Positions 39,199-53,880 of a stretch of 61,260 nucleotides of DNA are shown here, in pieces. Location: contig NC_068988.1 in assembly GCF_001194135.2 (NCBI RefSeq), positions 59,033,545 to 59,094,804 on the forward strand, given 5' to 3'. How positions within the stretch are numbered: the stretch's first letter is position 1; every line of letters starts with the position of its first letter. Position numbers and translations under genes: made by a program. The notes under the pieces were generated by a model, which saw only the letters and a list, made by a program, of their open reading frames with translations, was not told where the DNA came from and searched no databases. Origin of the DNA: Octopus bimaculoides. Lineage: Eukaryota.

Positions 39199-40701
39199 TA
39201 AGGTATTTATTTTCCCAAGCTTACAAGTATTACATTCAAATCGATAGCTGGTAATTCCTTTGCTGTTTGTGAACAATATTTAAATTGCGATTAAGTAAAT
39301 ATTGGAAGAACTTTATAAACGTATACGATGCTTTTAAAATCCTTCCATAACTATTTCGCTCTATTTCTCTATATGGCAATCAGCGTCTCTTGAATTGAAA
39401 AATGCTTCTGCAATCTCACCCAGTTTCGTTGTTGTTGCTCAGCTCTACTAGCTTTTTAAAGGATATTTAGGATTAGATGTCTTCCGGCCTTGAACTGCAA
39501 GACATTTGATCAAATTAATTGAGTCAAATTTATCTAAAACTGCTATTGTGTTTAATGTATACATCGCTATTCAGTACTATAAAATTTGATGTTTAAAGAG
39601 ATATACTCGCTAACTATAGATGATGAACAATTACACGGGCTCTTCGTCGCTTTGATTCAATATAGAAAAGAAACTATCTGATATGATATCCTGTTTGAGC
39701 GTCCGGGCGAATAGTTTAGTAATTCGAAGCTACCCTTATTTAATAATTGTCTCACTTTAGGTAATTTTAGCAGTTTTTGATGTTTTATATCCTTTTTGTG
39801 CCAGCCTTGATCGAGATGCATACTCTAAGGCGCTCCCTATCTATTTTCTCTCTTGGAACAAAGTTAATATCAAATTGTGAATATGTGCAAGGAAAAGTAT
39901 GTTGGCTTAGTAATCTGCATATTAATTACGTGTACGATAATATGTTGCAAACACCTGTCTATGCAGTCGGAGTGCAATAATATTTCTGGGTGTGTTTAAA
40001 TCTAAAATCAAGCATTGGGTACACTTCTATCAGCATGATTAGATAGAAATGTTTTGACAATATAGACAATTAACATTGATGAGGATCTTATATTTAAACC
40101 CTCTTATGAATACAACAGAGAAAAGTATCTTCAAGCGGAGTTCTGCATAATAAATACAAATCTACTAGTTTATCGCATATGTAATGCAATGAACTGGAAA
40201 TCAGTGTTCTATCAACAAACATTCATGCGTATGAGAATGCATTACTGTTCGCGTAGTGTTTTGGCTTAGATTTGGTTTTACACTTTTCATAAGACGAGAG
40301 AGAACGCAGAGTTCCTTCAATGCCGGTGTATTTCACTATATTTTGGAGTTAACTTCAATGTTCTAATAAACCTATAATTAATACGGCGTAATAATTCCGG
40401 ACTATTTTATCATAGTAATTATATGACATCTTTATTTCATCTGCAACAAAGCAATACCATTCCTAACATATATATAGTTTCTACATTGAACAAATATTGT
40501 TTACATGAACATTTCTATTCTTGAATAGAAGTTACTCTACTTTGATAAGCTAATGGATTTCGTGTATTTGAATATATTATAAGATTTACTTTTTAATACA
40601 CTTATCAGCACACAATAATTGACAGCTATATGTGTAAAAGAAACTGAGAACGTGAGACAATTTTATGATTTACATCAATGAATATTTGATTTATTTTCCA
40701 G

Positions 40702-40969
40702 TTTTGCTCTTGGGTAATTGCTGCTCCTGCTAACTCGGTGATCCTTCTAGAAATCACAGGGTTCCAGACAGAGATATACGACCAGTTGAGTATTGGTATT
40801 GGCCTCGATGCAGCTAATAATTCTTCGACAGAACTTCTGAAGCTCTACGGTTTACTTGATACTCCACAAAACACTACAATTCCAGCTAACGCTATCTGGA
40901 TTGATTTCCGAAGTGACGAAACTATAACGGCACCAGGATTTCGTATTAACTATAAAATCATTGAGAGAA
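40702..40969 (+). CDS. Exon: remainder of CUB domain 2
   Basis: ttttccag|FCSWVIAAPANSVILLEITGFQTEIYDQLSIG...IWIDFRSDETITAPGFRINYKIIER+A|gtatga, phase 0 to 1. Confidence 0.92.
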
Positions 40970-42295
40970 GTATGAAAAAATAATCAGGTTCTTTTGCGAA
41001 GGTTTATAGAGACCACATTTTACTTTAGAAAATATACACAATGATTCATTGGCAATTCTTTAGAGAATTCTGGTGTTTATAGATTAATCTATAGCGTATA
41101 AATATATCAAGCATATTGTATGTTGAATTACTACGTATGCAGCGAAACATATCCATTGTGCAGAAAAAAAAGAACAAATTTATGATGAGTTGATAGGTAA
41201 ATCGTTGAAGAGAAAATCTGCCAGAGCGACAGAGTGAAAGAGAGGGCGAATGTGATATACTGTCACGTTACACAATATGAAAAAATAAACGAAGAAATTA
41301 TTTTGTACGAAATCAGTCATGTATTAATTAATTTACTCTGTTGTAGGAATACATGTATTAGCAGAGAATTACAGACAACATCAGCAAGAAGCGCCAATAT
41401 AATTACATTAGAATACACGTTTTTGCTTTCCTTTTATTGAAGTAAGCATGATTTGAACGTAATATCAGCTACAGAGAGCAAATAAGAATTTCTAATCTTC
41501 AATAGTTCGATACATCTATAAAAAAAAGTATTGTTCGTTTTGTACGGATTTATTTCACTTCGAAATCTATCATTCTTTTCTGGACATTGATCGATATTGA
41601 TTTAAATATAATTTAATATCTTATTGAGGATTTTATATTATTTGAGTTGCTTTTAGTCAAAGATAATATATAAAAAAAAAACTATTTATTAAATTGTACA
41701 AAATTGATTTAATACATGATTCTGTAATATGCTTCCTGTAAGCTAAATTATATTTTGAATACGCACAATAAATATCTATNNNNNNNNNNNNNNNNNNNNN
41801 NNNNNNNNNNNNNNNNNNNNNNNNNNNNNNNNNNNNNNNNNNNNNNNNNNNNNNNNNNNNNNNNNNNNNNNNNNNNNNNNNNNNNNNNNNNNNNNNNNNN
41901 NNNNNNNNNNNNNNNNNNNNNNNNNNNNNNNNNNNNNNNNNNNNNNNNNNNNNNNNNNNNNNNNNNNNNNNNNNNNNNNNNNNNNNNNNNNNNNNNNNNN
42001 NNNNNNNNNNNNNNNNNNNNNNNNNNNNNNNNNNNNNNNNNNNNNNNNNNNNNNNNNNNNNNNNNNNNNNNNNNNNNNNNNNNNNNNNNNNNNNNNNNNN
42101 NNNNNNNNNNNNNNNNNNNNNNNNNNNNNNNNNNNNNNNNNNNNNNNNNNNNNNNNNNNNNNNNNNNNNNNNNNNNNNNNNNNNNNNNNNNNNNNNNNNN
42201 NNNNNNNNNNNNNNNNNNNNNNNNNNNNNNNNNNNNNNNNNNNNNNNNNNNNNNNNNNNNNNNNNNNNNNNNNNNNNNNNNNNNNNNNNNNNNNN

Positions 42296-42332
<37 letters not shown>

Positions 42333-42864
42333 TATGTATATATATATATATACATATATATACATAATATATATGGTTTGTTTTTGTGTGGTTGTTCGAG
42401 TTAAATTTTAGCTCTCATTTCTAGTAATTGCATATGTTAGTTTGCACTCACTTTTATGAAATTTTCCTTTTTGGTTTTAACTCCTACGGCCACCTATTTT
42501 ATAATATATTTAATGTATTACTAATATATTAACATATTATTGTCAAAAGTTGGTTTCAAAATGTTGTGAAAATTCTGTAGTTCAATTGCTGTGTCGTGAA
42601 GTAGGAACATGTGTTCCCAGATTTTACACTTCTTCACAACACTCTTACTTGAATACGTATATTTATGGACAGCCAGAATGCGTGTATAATTGTAAAGGAA
42701 AATTATGTTTCGTAAAAAGTTGTTCAACATTTACATATCAATATTTTACTTAGCTTGTAACACAAAGACGGCGAAGAATAAATAATGCTTTCATTATATT
42801 CAATAACGCTTATAATTATTTCTCCTCACACTCACACAGACACGCACACACAAAAACGCACATA

Positions 42865-42908
<44 letters not shown>

Positions 42909-43416
42909 TATTTGCATATGTGTATGTGTTTTGTGTGCGTGTGCGTGTGCGTGTGCGTGTGCGTGTGAGTGCAAAATTCATTCATTTCTAACTTAGAAAT
43001 ATGTGTACACGTTTGTTCCCTGAGTATATCGGGAATGAAGTCAACGCTAGTATTCGATGTGTACTGATTTTGTTTATTGACACCGAAGGAGTAAAAAAAA
43101 TCCAAATTCCTCATCAGAACGTGAATATTTATGACTAGATATTTCGCATTATTATGTTCGCTGCTACTCTAACTACTCTACGAGAACATCCAACACATTT
43201 GTTTAGATGATTTACGAAAGAATTCAGCTTGGTGTTGTTGTTTCCGGATAGACGTAAAGTTAAACACGTTTTAAATGGAGTTTTATTTGTTGCACTTCAA
43301 AGAAATAATAAAAGAACTCAACCACATATTTATGACACATGTTAAAAGAATCCTAATGAGTAATGCTGCTTTCTTATGCATTGATTCTTAAACTTGCTCT
43401 TTTTTCTCTTTTCCAG

Positions 43417-43605
43417 AAATATGTACGTTCGAAATAGAAGCTGGGACTTCTGTCGGTTTTATTCAATCTGCAAATTATCCGCAACCTTATCCATTGAATA
43501 GCGAGTGTCAATGGATTATTTATACTCTAAATGGATCTAATATAGTTTTAAATCTCCATGATTTTGATTTACAAGATGGTCATGACTTCTTATTAATAGG
43601 CCCAG
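43417..43605 (+). CDS. Exon: N-terminal half of CUB domain 3
   Basis: ttttccag|ICTFEIEAGTSVGFIQSANYPQPYPLNSECQWII..IVLNLHDFDLQDGHDFLLIGP+G|gtgaga, 189 nt, phase 1-1. Confidence 0.93.
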
Positions 43606-45984
43606 GTGAGAGTGTTACTTCTAATAACATAAATTCTGAGGAGAAATACTTCCTAGTTGATTTGATGTTTTAATCTATTTATCGGGGATTCATTTGTTCC
43701 TTAATACAAGAGAATCATCACTTCAGAGAAAGCGTATCACAGACACTGTAATTCGTAGTAAAAAGATATTTTTAGACTCAAATTTAATTTTGTTTACTCA
43801 CTGTTGTCTGCCGTCAAATTTGCTTTCGCAAATTTTCGAATATCTTAACTAAGAAAAGTAATTGTTACTTCATTTACGAATAGGTTAAGCATCCATATAT
43901 TGTTCGCAATAATGAAAGGATACAATATCATTCTAATATCATGTGTGGAATATTTAGGAGATCAATGATTTATAATGAAATGCTGGAACAATCGCGAAAA
44001 TTTATGTAAGATGCAAGTAGCTAAAATTATTAGTAGTTGCATAACTAAACAAAAAACATTCATTTAACAGAAATTTGCTCACAAATACAATGAATTCTCT
44101 GAAATGCCATGAATATGTTTATAACATACCTATAAAATATGGTGTTATGAGCATAACTACAGGAGTTATAAAGCAAGTTCCATATACCTTAAAAATCCAT
44201 AGTCTTCGTCAGATGTTTTTTTCGGTTATCTTACTTTGTATATAGAAGAAAATTAATTTACTTAAAAACTTAGAGATGATACAGGTCCTTAATACCCAAT
44301 GCCAATATGTATATTATATAGATAATATGGATAATTAAGAATTACACAAACACAAACACACACACACGGACACACACACGTATATATATATACATATATC
44401 ACACATGCACACATACGTATAGATGTATACTCATATATGCGCTAGTGTTTCCGTTTGTGCGTATACACACATTCACACGTATACATACACACACATATAT
44501 ACGTTCATAAAATATATGAAGATGTATAAATAAGGCATAGAAAAATGACGTTGGATTAGGGGGCTTTACACTAGATTATCCAATACATCACTCGTGACTG
44601 AATATCAAATTTGCAAATAAATATAATGTGAATACTTAACCACAAAGCCATTGTCATAACGTGGAATATCGCTTAAACTATATATTTAAACAATATTTAA
44701 ATTGGCCATGTAGATTTAACTACGTTCCTATGTGACGTTAAACAGAAGATACCAAGTTGAAGACAGGTAGTACTATTCGGAACATATTAGATAAGTGGTA
44801 TGAACAAGCATTTCTCTCCACATTCATGAGATTTGTTGAAGAAATGACTTGAACATTTACGTTCTCCTTATTTAGCGCAGTAAATTACACACCTATACCT
44901 ATCATTTGAATAGAACAATGCATATTTTATTAGGCTGCGGGTAATTTGAGATATAATTTTTAATTCACAGATTTTTTGAATGAGTGATGCAACGTTAGCT
45001 ATGATATTTTTATCAAAAATAGATGCATGATTATATAATATCAGCTTAAATTTGCAGGAATTGAAAACTATATAGGTAAATATCATTATATCAGTTATCA
45101 TATCGCATCTATGGATAATATTTTTAGTGAAGCATAAATTATCTATAGGATATAACAATTACATAATTTAGGAGATTTATTGGCATAATTACTTCTAGTG
45201 CTAATAAAGGATCACGAAAAGGATAATTATTGTTAGATCTGAAAGAATTACTCGTAATATCCCGGGTTACGTAAGAAACAGTAGGTTTGTTATAAATAGT
45301 AATAACACTACAGTCGCAATAACGAAGTGGTATCTTGATTCATAGCTCCATAGCATTTATTGATATTAGAATCGATGCGCACTTTGTCGGGCATACTTTC
45401 GTGATTATCAGGGTTAAAGTTTCTGTTTTCAAAGACGCCACAGACTCTATTGTTGGTCTCTGAGCGGTTACGTACTATCACAAACATTATATACATAGTT
45501 GGTTGGAGTAGTCGGCTGACAGATAGTAACGTACTGCTAATGTTGTACGTTAGACTACCATAGTTAACATGAATAACGAGGCATATTACTCAATAGCTAC
45601 TACTAGTGCCAACTCTGTCAATGCTAGGATTATAATTATAATCATCATTATTGTTGCCACCTCCATCAAAACGTGGGGTGTAGAGAATTTTGAAGTCAAA
45701 GGGATATACAAATATACATAAATACAGATGTATAAGTATGCATCCTTTTGTATATACATATGTACAAACACAATAATTTTTACGGCGTCGACCTGTCACA
45801 TCATCTCCTTGTCCGGGTTCTTAATTCGTTCAGCAAAAAACTTTCAACATCGCTCCACATGTAATAATACAATGAACTGAGATCTGGGGAATTAAAAGGC
45901 CAAATGTTGAAAATGTTCAGCCATCCATTCCTGTGTTAGCAGATCTATGTGTGATAGTGCTGAGTCTTACTGAAACACATATGG

Positions 45985-46785
45985 CTTTCCATTGCATACA
46001 CTGTCTATTCAGAGTTTAACAATAATTTCTAGAACCTCAATGTAGGCGGCAGCGTTAACTCTAAGGGCTTGTGGAAAGAAGTCAGGAAGCATCACATGTC
46101 CTTCATTGCTGACAACCCCTAAAACCATGACAGGAGATTTTTTTATGCCTAACACTTGGAACTTCAGAAGGGTCTGCACATAACCATCTGTCATCTATTC
46201 TGTTAACTTATTGATCTTAGTCGAAGTTTTTCTCGTTTGAGAAAAAAACAAATCCAATCTTCTCCTGTTGGATTTTTCAGTTTGTTTAAGAGTCTTTAAG
46301 ATCTTTTGCTTTTTTTGACAAATTGGCATTTCCTCATCATGTACGACTTATCTCTGATGTCTTCATGGACAACATTTCTGACTGTTTATTCGAACACATG
46401 GAAATCCTTTGCAATTGACCTCATGTACTATCTGGGATTGTAATCAATGATCTGCCAAGCTTGCTGGATAGATTCAGGTGTTTTTATGATTTCAGAGTGC
46501 TTAGAATGCTTTTTATGTTTTGATACTAATGATACATTTCCATCTTCAATCTCTAGATCCTTAAAAACTTTGTAGACGAAAGATCTGGCAACTTCTAAAA
46601 ATCGAGATATTTATAACTCGCTATGCTCGGCCGCTGTAACCACAATAACAGGTTGCCTCTTCATTTTTTGAGCAAGCTGATGGTCTGCCATTATTATCTT
46701 CTGAAACAAAGATTCTAAAGCGTTAGCAAATAATGCAACAGTGACCCAGAAAAGTTATTTCCTCAAATACCTTACGCACCTTGTA
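45985..46785 (-). mobile_element. Decayed Tc1/mariner (maT/DD37D-like) transposon, 5' part
   Basis: Minus-strand 5' end TACAAGGTGCG at 46785; MKRQPVIVV..ISRFLEVARSFVYKV..MRSIAKDFHV..TVRNVVHEDI; SPVMVLGVVSNEGHVMLPDFFPQALRVNAAAYIEVLE. Confidence 0.85.
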
Positions 46786-46831
46786 TATATATATATATAC
46801 ATATAATTCAAAGATACAGGANNNNNNNNNN

Positions 46832-46866
<35 letters not shown>

Positions 46867-47192
46867 GTATATATGTATATATGTGTGTGTGTATATATAT
46901 GTATATATATATATATACATATAATTCAAAGATACAGGATGTAGTTTCCTCGTAAGGGATTTTTTAATAAAAATCCCTATATCAACTGGCGTTCTCAAAT
47001 ATATTGAAAGAAAGTTTCGCAATATATATAGATAAACTGTCTTATAATGTGTAAAGTTGATAAAAGAAAATGCAGAAGAAATATAGTGGATAATTGGTTA
47101 ATCTTATTTGTATCACGATCAAAAGAAGTAATACATTTAAGATTCATGATATAGAGGAAGCGTATCAACAAAAGAAATAAACGTAAATATAT

Positions 47193-47360
47193 CCTACATA
47201 TGTTTCAATCGGGCTACTGGGTTTCGATCATCAGCATTCAAGCAATGTTAGATGTAATATAACCCCACATTATGTCCGGATCTCATGACGGAGTGAAGTT
47301 TACTTTCTGGTGGTGAACAACGAAATCGAAACCTAATTGCCGGATTGAAACATATCTAGG
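47193..47360. repeat. Small inverted-repeat element (~36-bp imperfect arms)
   Basis: cctacatatgtttcaatcgggctactgggtttcgat vs the reverse complement of atcgaaacctaattgccggattgaaacatatctagg: ~31/36. Confidence 0.7.
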
Positions 47361-47533
47361 ATTCTTTTATGTTTCTTTCTTTTGTTGATTCGGTTCCTTT
47401 ATATCTGAATCTTATACGTGTTGCTATTTTTCATCGTGCCACAAATATAATTAAGCAAATATCCACTATATTCCTTCTCCATTTCTTTTACATGTATATA
47501 TAATTATACATATATATATGTATTTGTACGTAC

Positions 47534-47613
<80 letters not shown>

Positions 47614-47752
47614 TTATTTATGCGTGCATTTATAGACACACGCACTCACACATATATATTACATATATATATTTTGCATGCCTTTTTGTATGAATAGAAA
47701 TATGCATAAACATCTGTAATCACGTATGATATATATTTTTTGTATACCATAG

Positions 47753-47938
47753 GCAGAAATGCATTTGTCGAAAACTTTGACAAATTCACTGGCAAAGGAG
47801 GATTAGTTAAAGTATCTATGAATGCGACATCGCTGTGGCTTCACTTTACGTCGGATCATATATCTGGTGAACGAGGATATCGAGGATTTAATTTGTCATA
47901 TATTGTGGAGGATGAAGAAACAGCAAGTAACGTTGAAC
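47753..47938 (+). CDS. Exon: C-terminal half of CUB domain 3
   Basis: ccatag|GRNAFVENFDKFTGKGGLVKVSMNATSLWLHFTSDHISGERGYRGFNLSYIVE..NVE+C|gtaaga, 186 nt, phase 1-1 (alternative donor at 47927, same phase). Confidence 0.9.
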
Positions 47939-48439
47939 GTAAGACATTTCATTCTGAATATACTTTGTGATTTTTTGATCAGCAACAATTTTTTTTATGA
48001 TAACATGTATGATGTGCAACAGTATACACCATAACGGGACAAAATACTACATTACAATAAAGTATTATATGTTCATATACACACACACACACACACACAC
48101 ATACACATACACAAACACCCACATGCGCATATGTATTTAACAACAAGAACAAGAATGAAGAAAATCCCATCTTTAATTAAACCAGCTCAACATACATTAC
48201 CGACGGTAATTTCTATATGCCAGCATTTATGAAAGTTATATAGCTGATCCAAATGTGTTAAATACAATAAATCTCTCTAATTGATGAAGGCGTAGAGAAA
48301 GAACGTTAAGAATTGATATCATTTATATAAGAATTTATATATATATATATATGCCATAAGGTCGTCAAATCTAACGGAAGCTTCAACAGAAATTTTGTGA
48401 TATACAATGATCGGAACCTAACTGCAGCTCTTGGTGGTT

Positions 48440-50640
48440 GAAATCAAAATCATTCCAGTTTTAACTTCCATAAGGTAAAATGGAAACAAACTGAGAAAGA
48501 GTTCCTCAAACAAAACTGACCTAAAAATCTCTCCGCACTGGACACTGACATGAAACTTTAACATTTCTTGTCTGTAATGCACGCCATATGCTACAAATAT
48601 GTACCCGAGAGACAGTTCACCTCACACAAGAACAACATACCCAAAGAGAAGAAAGTTCTTATGAGATAGTGTACAAAAATTTCAAATCACCTAAACAAAC
48701 GAATCAAAAGCATCAAAAAATCCTGCCTGAAAATACAACTGCTGGAGAGTGAAAGAAAATGCAACTCTAGCATGTCAAAGAAAGAGCAGACACAGAAGCC
48801 TAGACAATATAGCCCAGAAACTATCGCAGTGCACTGTAGGATATGGCCTCTCTTCGAAAACTATTGTTTCACTCACAGGAAACCCATTGAGGATCAGTGA
48901 AATAGTAAATGAGCGATTCAGAAGTGCTTTAACGCCAACCGTAGGATACTTGCAAGTCACTTGCTGACGTTTTCGCCACTGCAGATAAACAAAAAACAGA
49001 GGCAGTGATGATTGAATACTATATAATAAGGACTATAGATGAGATGAAACCAAACTCGGCTACAAGCCCTGATGGATTCTAAAATCATGTAAGCGAGTCC
49101 TACCAAGACAGCTGCCGTCTCTCATCCAGGGCTTCCTTGCAACTATCAAACATCCAAACAGGCTGAAGGAAGGGGAAATATGCCCCATACATAAAGGATG
49201 CGGCAGAGCAGAGGCCAAAAACTACAGACCTATCTCTCTGACCTATCATGGAAGAAATCATGACCTAGCATGGAACAAATACTCAGAAAAAAGCTAATCA
49301 CTTTCCCTTGAGGAAAATGACTTGCTTACTGGCACCCAACACAGTTTCCGAAGAGGAAGTAGCTGCCTGACTCAGCTCATACAGCACTACCACTGGGTAT
49401 TGAAACAGCTACTCAACCACTCAAATGTGGATGTGATATATATCAACTATGCAAAGGATTCCGATAAAGTTGATCATGGAATATGTCACAATCTACGTGA
49501 TTTTGGCATAGTCGTGAAATTGGTAGCATAACTGCATGTCTTTTTGAAAGATAGAAGTCGAGCGGCAGGAGCCAATGGAGCTACCTCCCGCGACAGGCAA
49601 ATAGTGAGAGGTGTTCCGCAAGGTAATGTTTTCGGAGAACTCCTGTTCATAATGGCGCTCACAGATATGCCCTCAGTCACACAGAAAGCCACGATCACGA
49701 GTTATGCAGATGAGAGCAAAGTCTCACTGCTGATACAGAACCCCGAAGACACTGCACCTGCAACTTGAGTTATATGAAATATGCAAGTGGGCTAAGAAGA
49801 ATATCATGCAGTTTAATACTGAAAGGTTTAAAGCGTTATGCTATCACCATACAAAACTAAATGCAATATCAATTAAATACACTGGACCTGGAGGGATTGC
49901 AATCCCAGATATATAGTCAGTGCGCGTTCTTTCACGCTCATGCTGCTAAGTTGACAATGAAATACAGGCGGCTACACGGATGGATTCTTAAAGCATTTAA
50001 AGCTAGAGATTAGGAAATCATGAAGGTCCTCTGGAGGACATTTGTCCAAAGCCGCTTTCATGTTGATCCGAGCTATCATCACCACCAACTTGCAGACCTT
50101 AAGGCAATCCAACAACGCAACACAAAGATAGCTACTATGCAGCATATAAGCTACAGGGAAATACTTAAGAGATTAATACTCTATTCTCAGGAGCGTAGGC
50201 GAGAAACATATGCCGTAATATACATATGGATAATCTTGCATTTACTTGACCCAAATTTAGGCATTGAGAGTTAGAATAACGCTAGAACAGGATGCCACTG
50301 CATGGTGCTAAAGACTCCAAATTTGCCATACAATTATAGGCCAGGATGTTGCAATAGCTTGGACCCTAAAGGCTCACAGCTCTTCAATATCCTCTCCAAT
50401 GACCTGAGCGAACTACATGCTGGGGATGTAGATGCGTCCAGACCAAAATTAGATCTCTCAATGTCAAGAATCCCAGTTGAGCCAACATCACAACAGGAAG
50501 TGCCAATGAAGTCAGCAGCGGAAAACTCCCTCATGCACCAAATGTCAAGTTCTAAAAAGAATTAGTGAAGTAAAATTTTTGTAGCAATACAAAACGGCGG
50601 CGCCCTAGAATAGCCCCAGTTCGGGAGCTGAAACTAGTTC
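48440..50640 (+). mobile_element. Decayed CR1-group LINE ORF2 (RT) with 3' tail
   Basis: FNFHKVKWK, KNYRPISL, TQHSFRRGSSCLTQLIQHY, VDVIYINYAKDSDKVDHG, GVPQGNVFGELLF, SYADESK, LYSQERRRETYAVIYIW; tail ggcggcgccctagaatagcc..gctgaaactag. Confidence 0.9.
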
Positions 50641-50665
50641 AATTCAATTTATATATATATATATA

Positions 50666-50860
50666 TATGTAAATATAATATGTGACAATTATTCGGTGGC
50701 CAGGATTTAACTCCGAGTTTTGGATGTTGGGGCGGAAACCCACGCCGGCGCATCACTTGAGTTATCGGGCCATCAAATGACATTTTCATAGCATTGTTTT
50801 CATGGCCCGATTTATGGTTTTGACCTTAAAACGTAATTTTCATAAGCTGGCCACTGATAA
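50666..50860 (-). mobile_element. Partial, inverted copy of the 33601-33912 MITE
   Basis: gtaaatataatatgtgacaattattcggtggccagg..ctccgagtt..ggcggaaacccacgccggc matches the reverse complement of 33820-33910; no second TIR seen. Confidence 0.8.
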
Positions 50861-51941
50861 AATTGTTTAATAAGATCTTATCCTTGTATTACAAGAGTAT
50901 GTATTATATATGTTGCTCGGAATTTTCATGTTCCCAACGAATGGGAACGTGAAATTATAAGTAGCAGTTTCCTGAATATTCTTCAGCTTCAATAGAAGCA
51001 TATATATGAAAACAAGCAGAAGTGACAAGCACGTACACTCACTCACACACACGTAAGCACGTGTACACGTTTTTATAAACAAAATATTATTAACACTAAT
51101 ACGCTGACGGTATAAGCTATTGGTCTGTAGCAAGCCGTTTCTCGAGTCATACCAAAGATGGAAAAAATGTGAATAACGAAAATGCCATCGGATACATCAT
51201 TCTTTCTGTAAAGGACAAAACTGTTTTTTTTTCATATATTAGTCGAAACTATTGTAGCATTTCTGAATAAATAGTCTCTTGTATACTCTACTGATACAAA
51301 AGAATTCGTGAAATAAATCCAGTGACATATACCTACGTAGTGTTGTTGACATCAGGTAGCCGAATGCTGTGCACGGACCTTAAACAACATAGTATAAGTT
51401 GTATAACCTGTTATGAAATAATTACGATATGTATATATATATATATATATATATNNNNNNNNNNNNNNNNNNNNNNNNNNNNNNNNNNNNNNNNNNNNNN
51501 NNNNNNNNNNNNNNNNNNNNNNNNNNNNNNNNNNNNNNNNNNNNNNNNNNNNNNNNNNNNNNNNNNNNNNNNNNNNNNNNNNNNNNNNNNNNNNNNNNNN
51601 NNNNNNNNNNNNNNNNNNNNNNNNNNNNNNNNNNNNNNNNNNNNNNNNNNNNNNNNNNNNNNNNNNNNNNNNNNNNNNNNNNNNNNNNNNNNNNNNNNNN
51701 NNNNNNNNNNNNNNNNNNNNNNNNNNNNNNNNNNNNNNNNNNNNNNNNNNNNNNNNNNNNNNNNNNNNNNNNNNNNNNNNNNNNNNNNNNNNNNNNNNNN
51801 NNNNNNNNNNNNNNNNNNNNNNNNNNNNNNNNNNNNNNNNNNNNNNNNNNNNNNNNNNNNNNNNNNNNNNNNNNNNNNNNNNNNNNNNNNNNNNNNNNNN
51901 NNNNNNNNNNNNNNNNNNNNNNNNNNNNNNNNNNNNNNNNN

Positions 51942-51978
<37 letters not shown>

Positions 51979-51991
51979 TTAATATTTACAG

Positions 51992-52143
51992 CTGGAAACT
52001 ACCACAGAGAAGATATTGGTTTTATGGTGACATTGAATCAGACTAACATTCCCGAAGACCATCAACTGATTGCAATTAAAATAAACTCGTCAACTGACAA
52101 TGCACATTTGGTAATTCGTCTAATGAACTTAACATCACTGAAG
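51992..52143 (+). CDS. Probable exon downstream of CUB3 (extracellular, possibly SEA-like first half)
   Basis: tttacag|PGNYHREDIGFMVTLNQTNIPEDHQLIAIKINSSTDNAHLVIRLMNLTSLK|gtaaac; the phase-1 start fits the previous exon; phase-0 end. Confidence 0.7.
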
Positions 52144-53221
52144 GTAAACGTAAATTTTATCATACGGACTTTTATTAATCTATTCCAATTAACATCGTGT
52201 CAAGATTTCATATAACCCACTTTACTGTGTATTGTTTGAAATCCCTGCAATCTGTTGTGACTACACTTCCGCAAATATTTACTTCAAAGAACATGAAAAA
52301 ATCACAATTCTATTAACGTAACTAGAACTTCCTTTGAAATCTGTGCTAATATTTATGCTATGCCTATATCTATAGGCACATCAAATTCGGCGGTCGTGTA
52401 TGTATATCAGTCACTGGTTTTCCGTCTGTCAGCTACACGCACAATCACGCACGTGTTTTCGACATACAGACCACACCACCATACATGCATATTTACATAT
52501 CTTTGCGTGTGTGTAAAAGTATAGGTACATGTATATGCACAAGCACTGACGCATTTGTATATACACATGATATATATATATAGCTCATTCCCACTATTCG
52601 TTTCTGGGTGCTAGCATATTGTGCGTGCTCGTGTGTTTCTGTGTGCCTGCATATTTATTATATGACATACAATAATGCACACTCATAGTTGACCGCGTTA
52701 TTCTATAGATAACTACATCGATGCAAAATAAGTTTCTTGTATTCTTTCAGCGGAAAGCCTTTCCCCGTTGCGAACGGGAGTTGAATTTGAATCTGGTTGC
52801 ATGTTAAAATTTAATTTACCAATTTAAATAGGGTCAATTTTGGAAAGGAAAATGTTTTTAGTTTCCGAAATGCAGTTGCCCAATACAGTAAGTACGTAAT
52901 TACCGATTAACTTAATCAGGCAGAAACCAATACCAGATTGCAAACACAACTAATGATTGCAGATATTTACACGGTCAGTCATTTGTAGGACTAGAGTGTT
53001 GAATATTCAAACTACGGTGCTTTCATATAATACCATCTGATACAGTGTGTATTTTTGTTTATATTCCCCTCCTATACCATGGACAGATTTTGGATTTTAT
53101 ATGTATAATGCAATCTTGTCTTGTTCACTGTTGATTGTCCTTACACTATGGAATACTTTCAGCAATCGGGGACAGTTTCAAATTATGCAGTTATTGTGTG
53201 TAAAGTGTTTTTCAAGTATTC

Positions 53222-53630
53222 TTTTATTCTGTCACTTGTTTTAATCATTTGACTGTGGCCATGCTGGAGCACGGCCTTTAGTCGAGTAAATCGACCCCAG
53301 TATTTATTCTTTGTAAGCCTAGTACTTATTCTATCAGTTTTCTTTTGCCGAACCACTTGATTACGGGAATGTAAACACCGGAATCGGCTGTCAATCGATG
53401 TTGGGGAGACAAACACAGACACACACACAGACACACACACAGACACACAAATAATCACACGCACACACACACATATATGACGAGCTTCTTTCCTTTTCCG
53501 CCTACCAAATCCACTCACAAGGCTTTGATCGGCCCGAGAGTATAGTAGAAGACACTTATCTAAGGTGTCACGCAGTGGAACTGAACCCGGAAACATGTGG
53601 TTGTTAAGCAAGCTACTCACCACACAGTCG
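53222..53630 (-). mobile_element. Near full-length tRNA-derived SINE
   Basis: Minus-strand head gactgtgtggtgagtagcttgc..ccgggttcagttccactg (A/B-box-like), central (CA)n, tail ggccgtgctccagcatggccacagtcaaatga..aacaagt. Confidence 0.88.
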
Positions 53631-53809
53631 CTCATGTTTAATATTTATTGCAATGGCTCACATACAAATAAATACTCACACACAAACATATACACACACA
53701 AACACGCACACACTCACACACACACTCAGACACACACAACAAACATACACACAAACATATATCAGGTGAGAGAATAAGAGAGAGAAAGTGAGTGTGTATG
53801 AGAGAGAGA

Positions 53810-53880
<71 letters not shown>

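Noticed and set aside
45860-45985. VLSLTETH, similar to a LINE apurinic endonuclease motif
   Set aside because: Too short and degenerate to call.
46790-46940. Direct repeat atatacatataattcaaagatacagga on both sides of a 10-N gap
   Set aside because: Most likely a scaffolding overlap duplicate rather than a real repeat.
52751-52806. Strong-looking acceptor ttctttcag| as the next exon
   Set aside because: All three frames hit stops before any credible donor.
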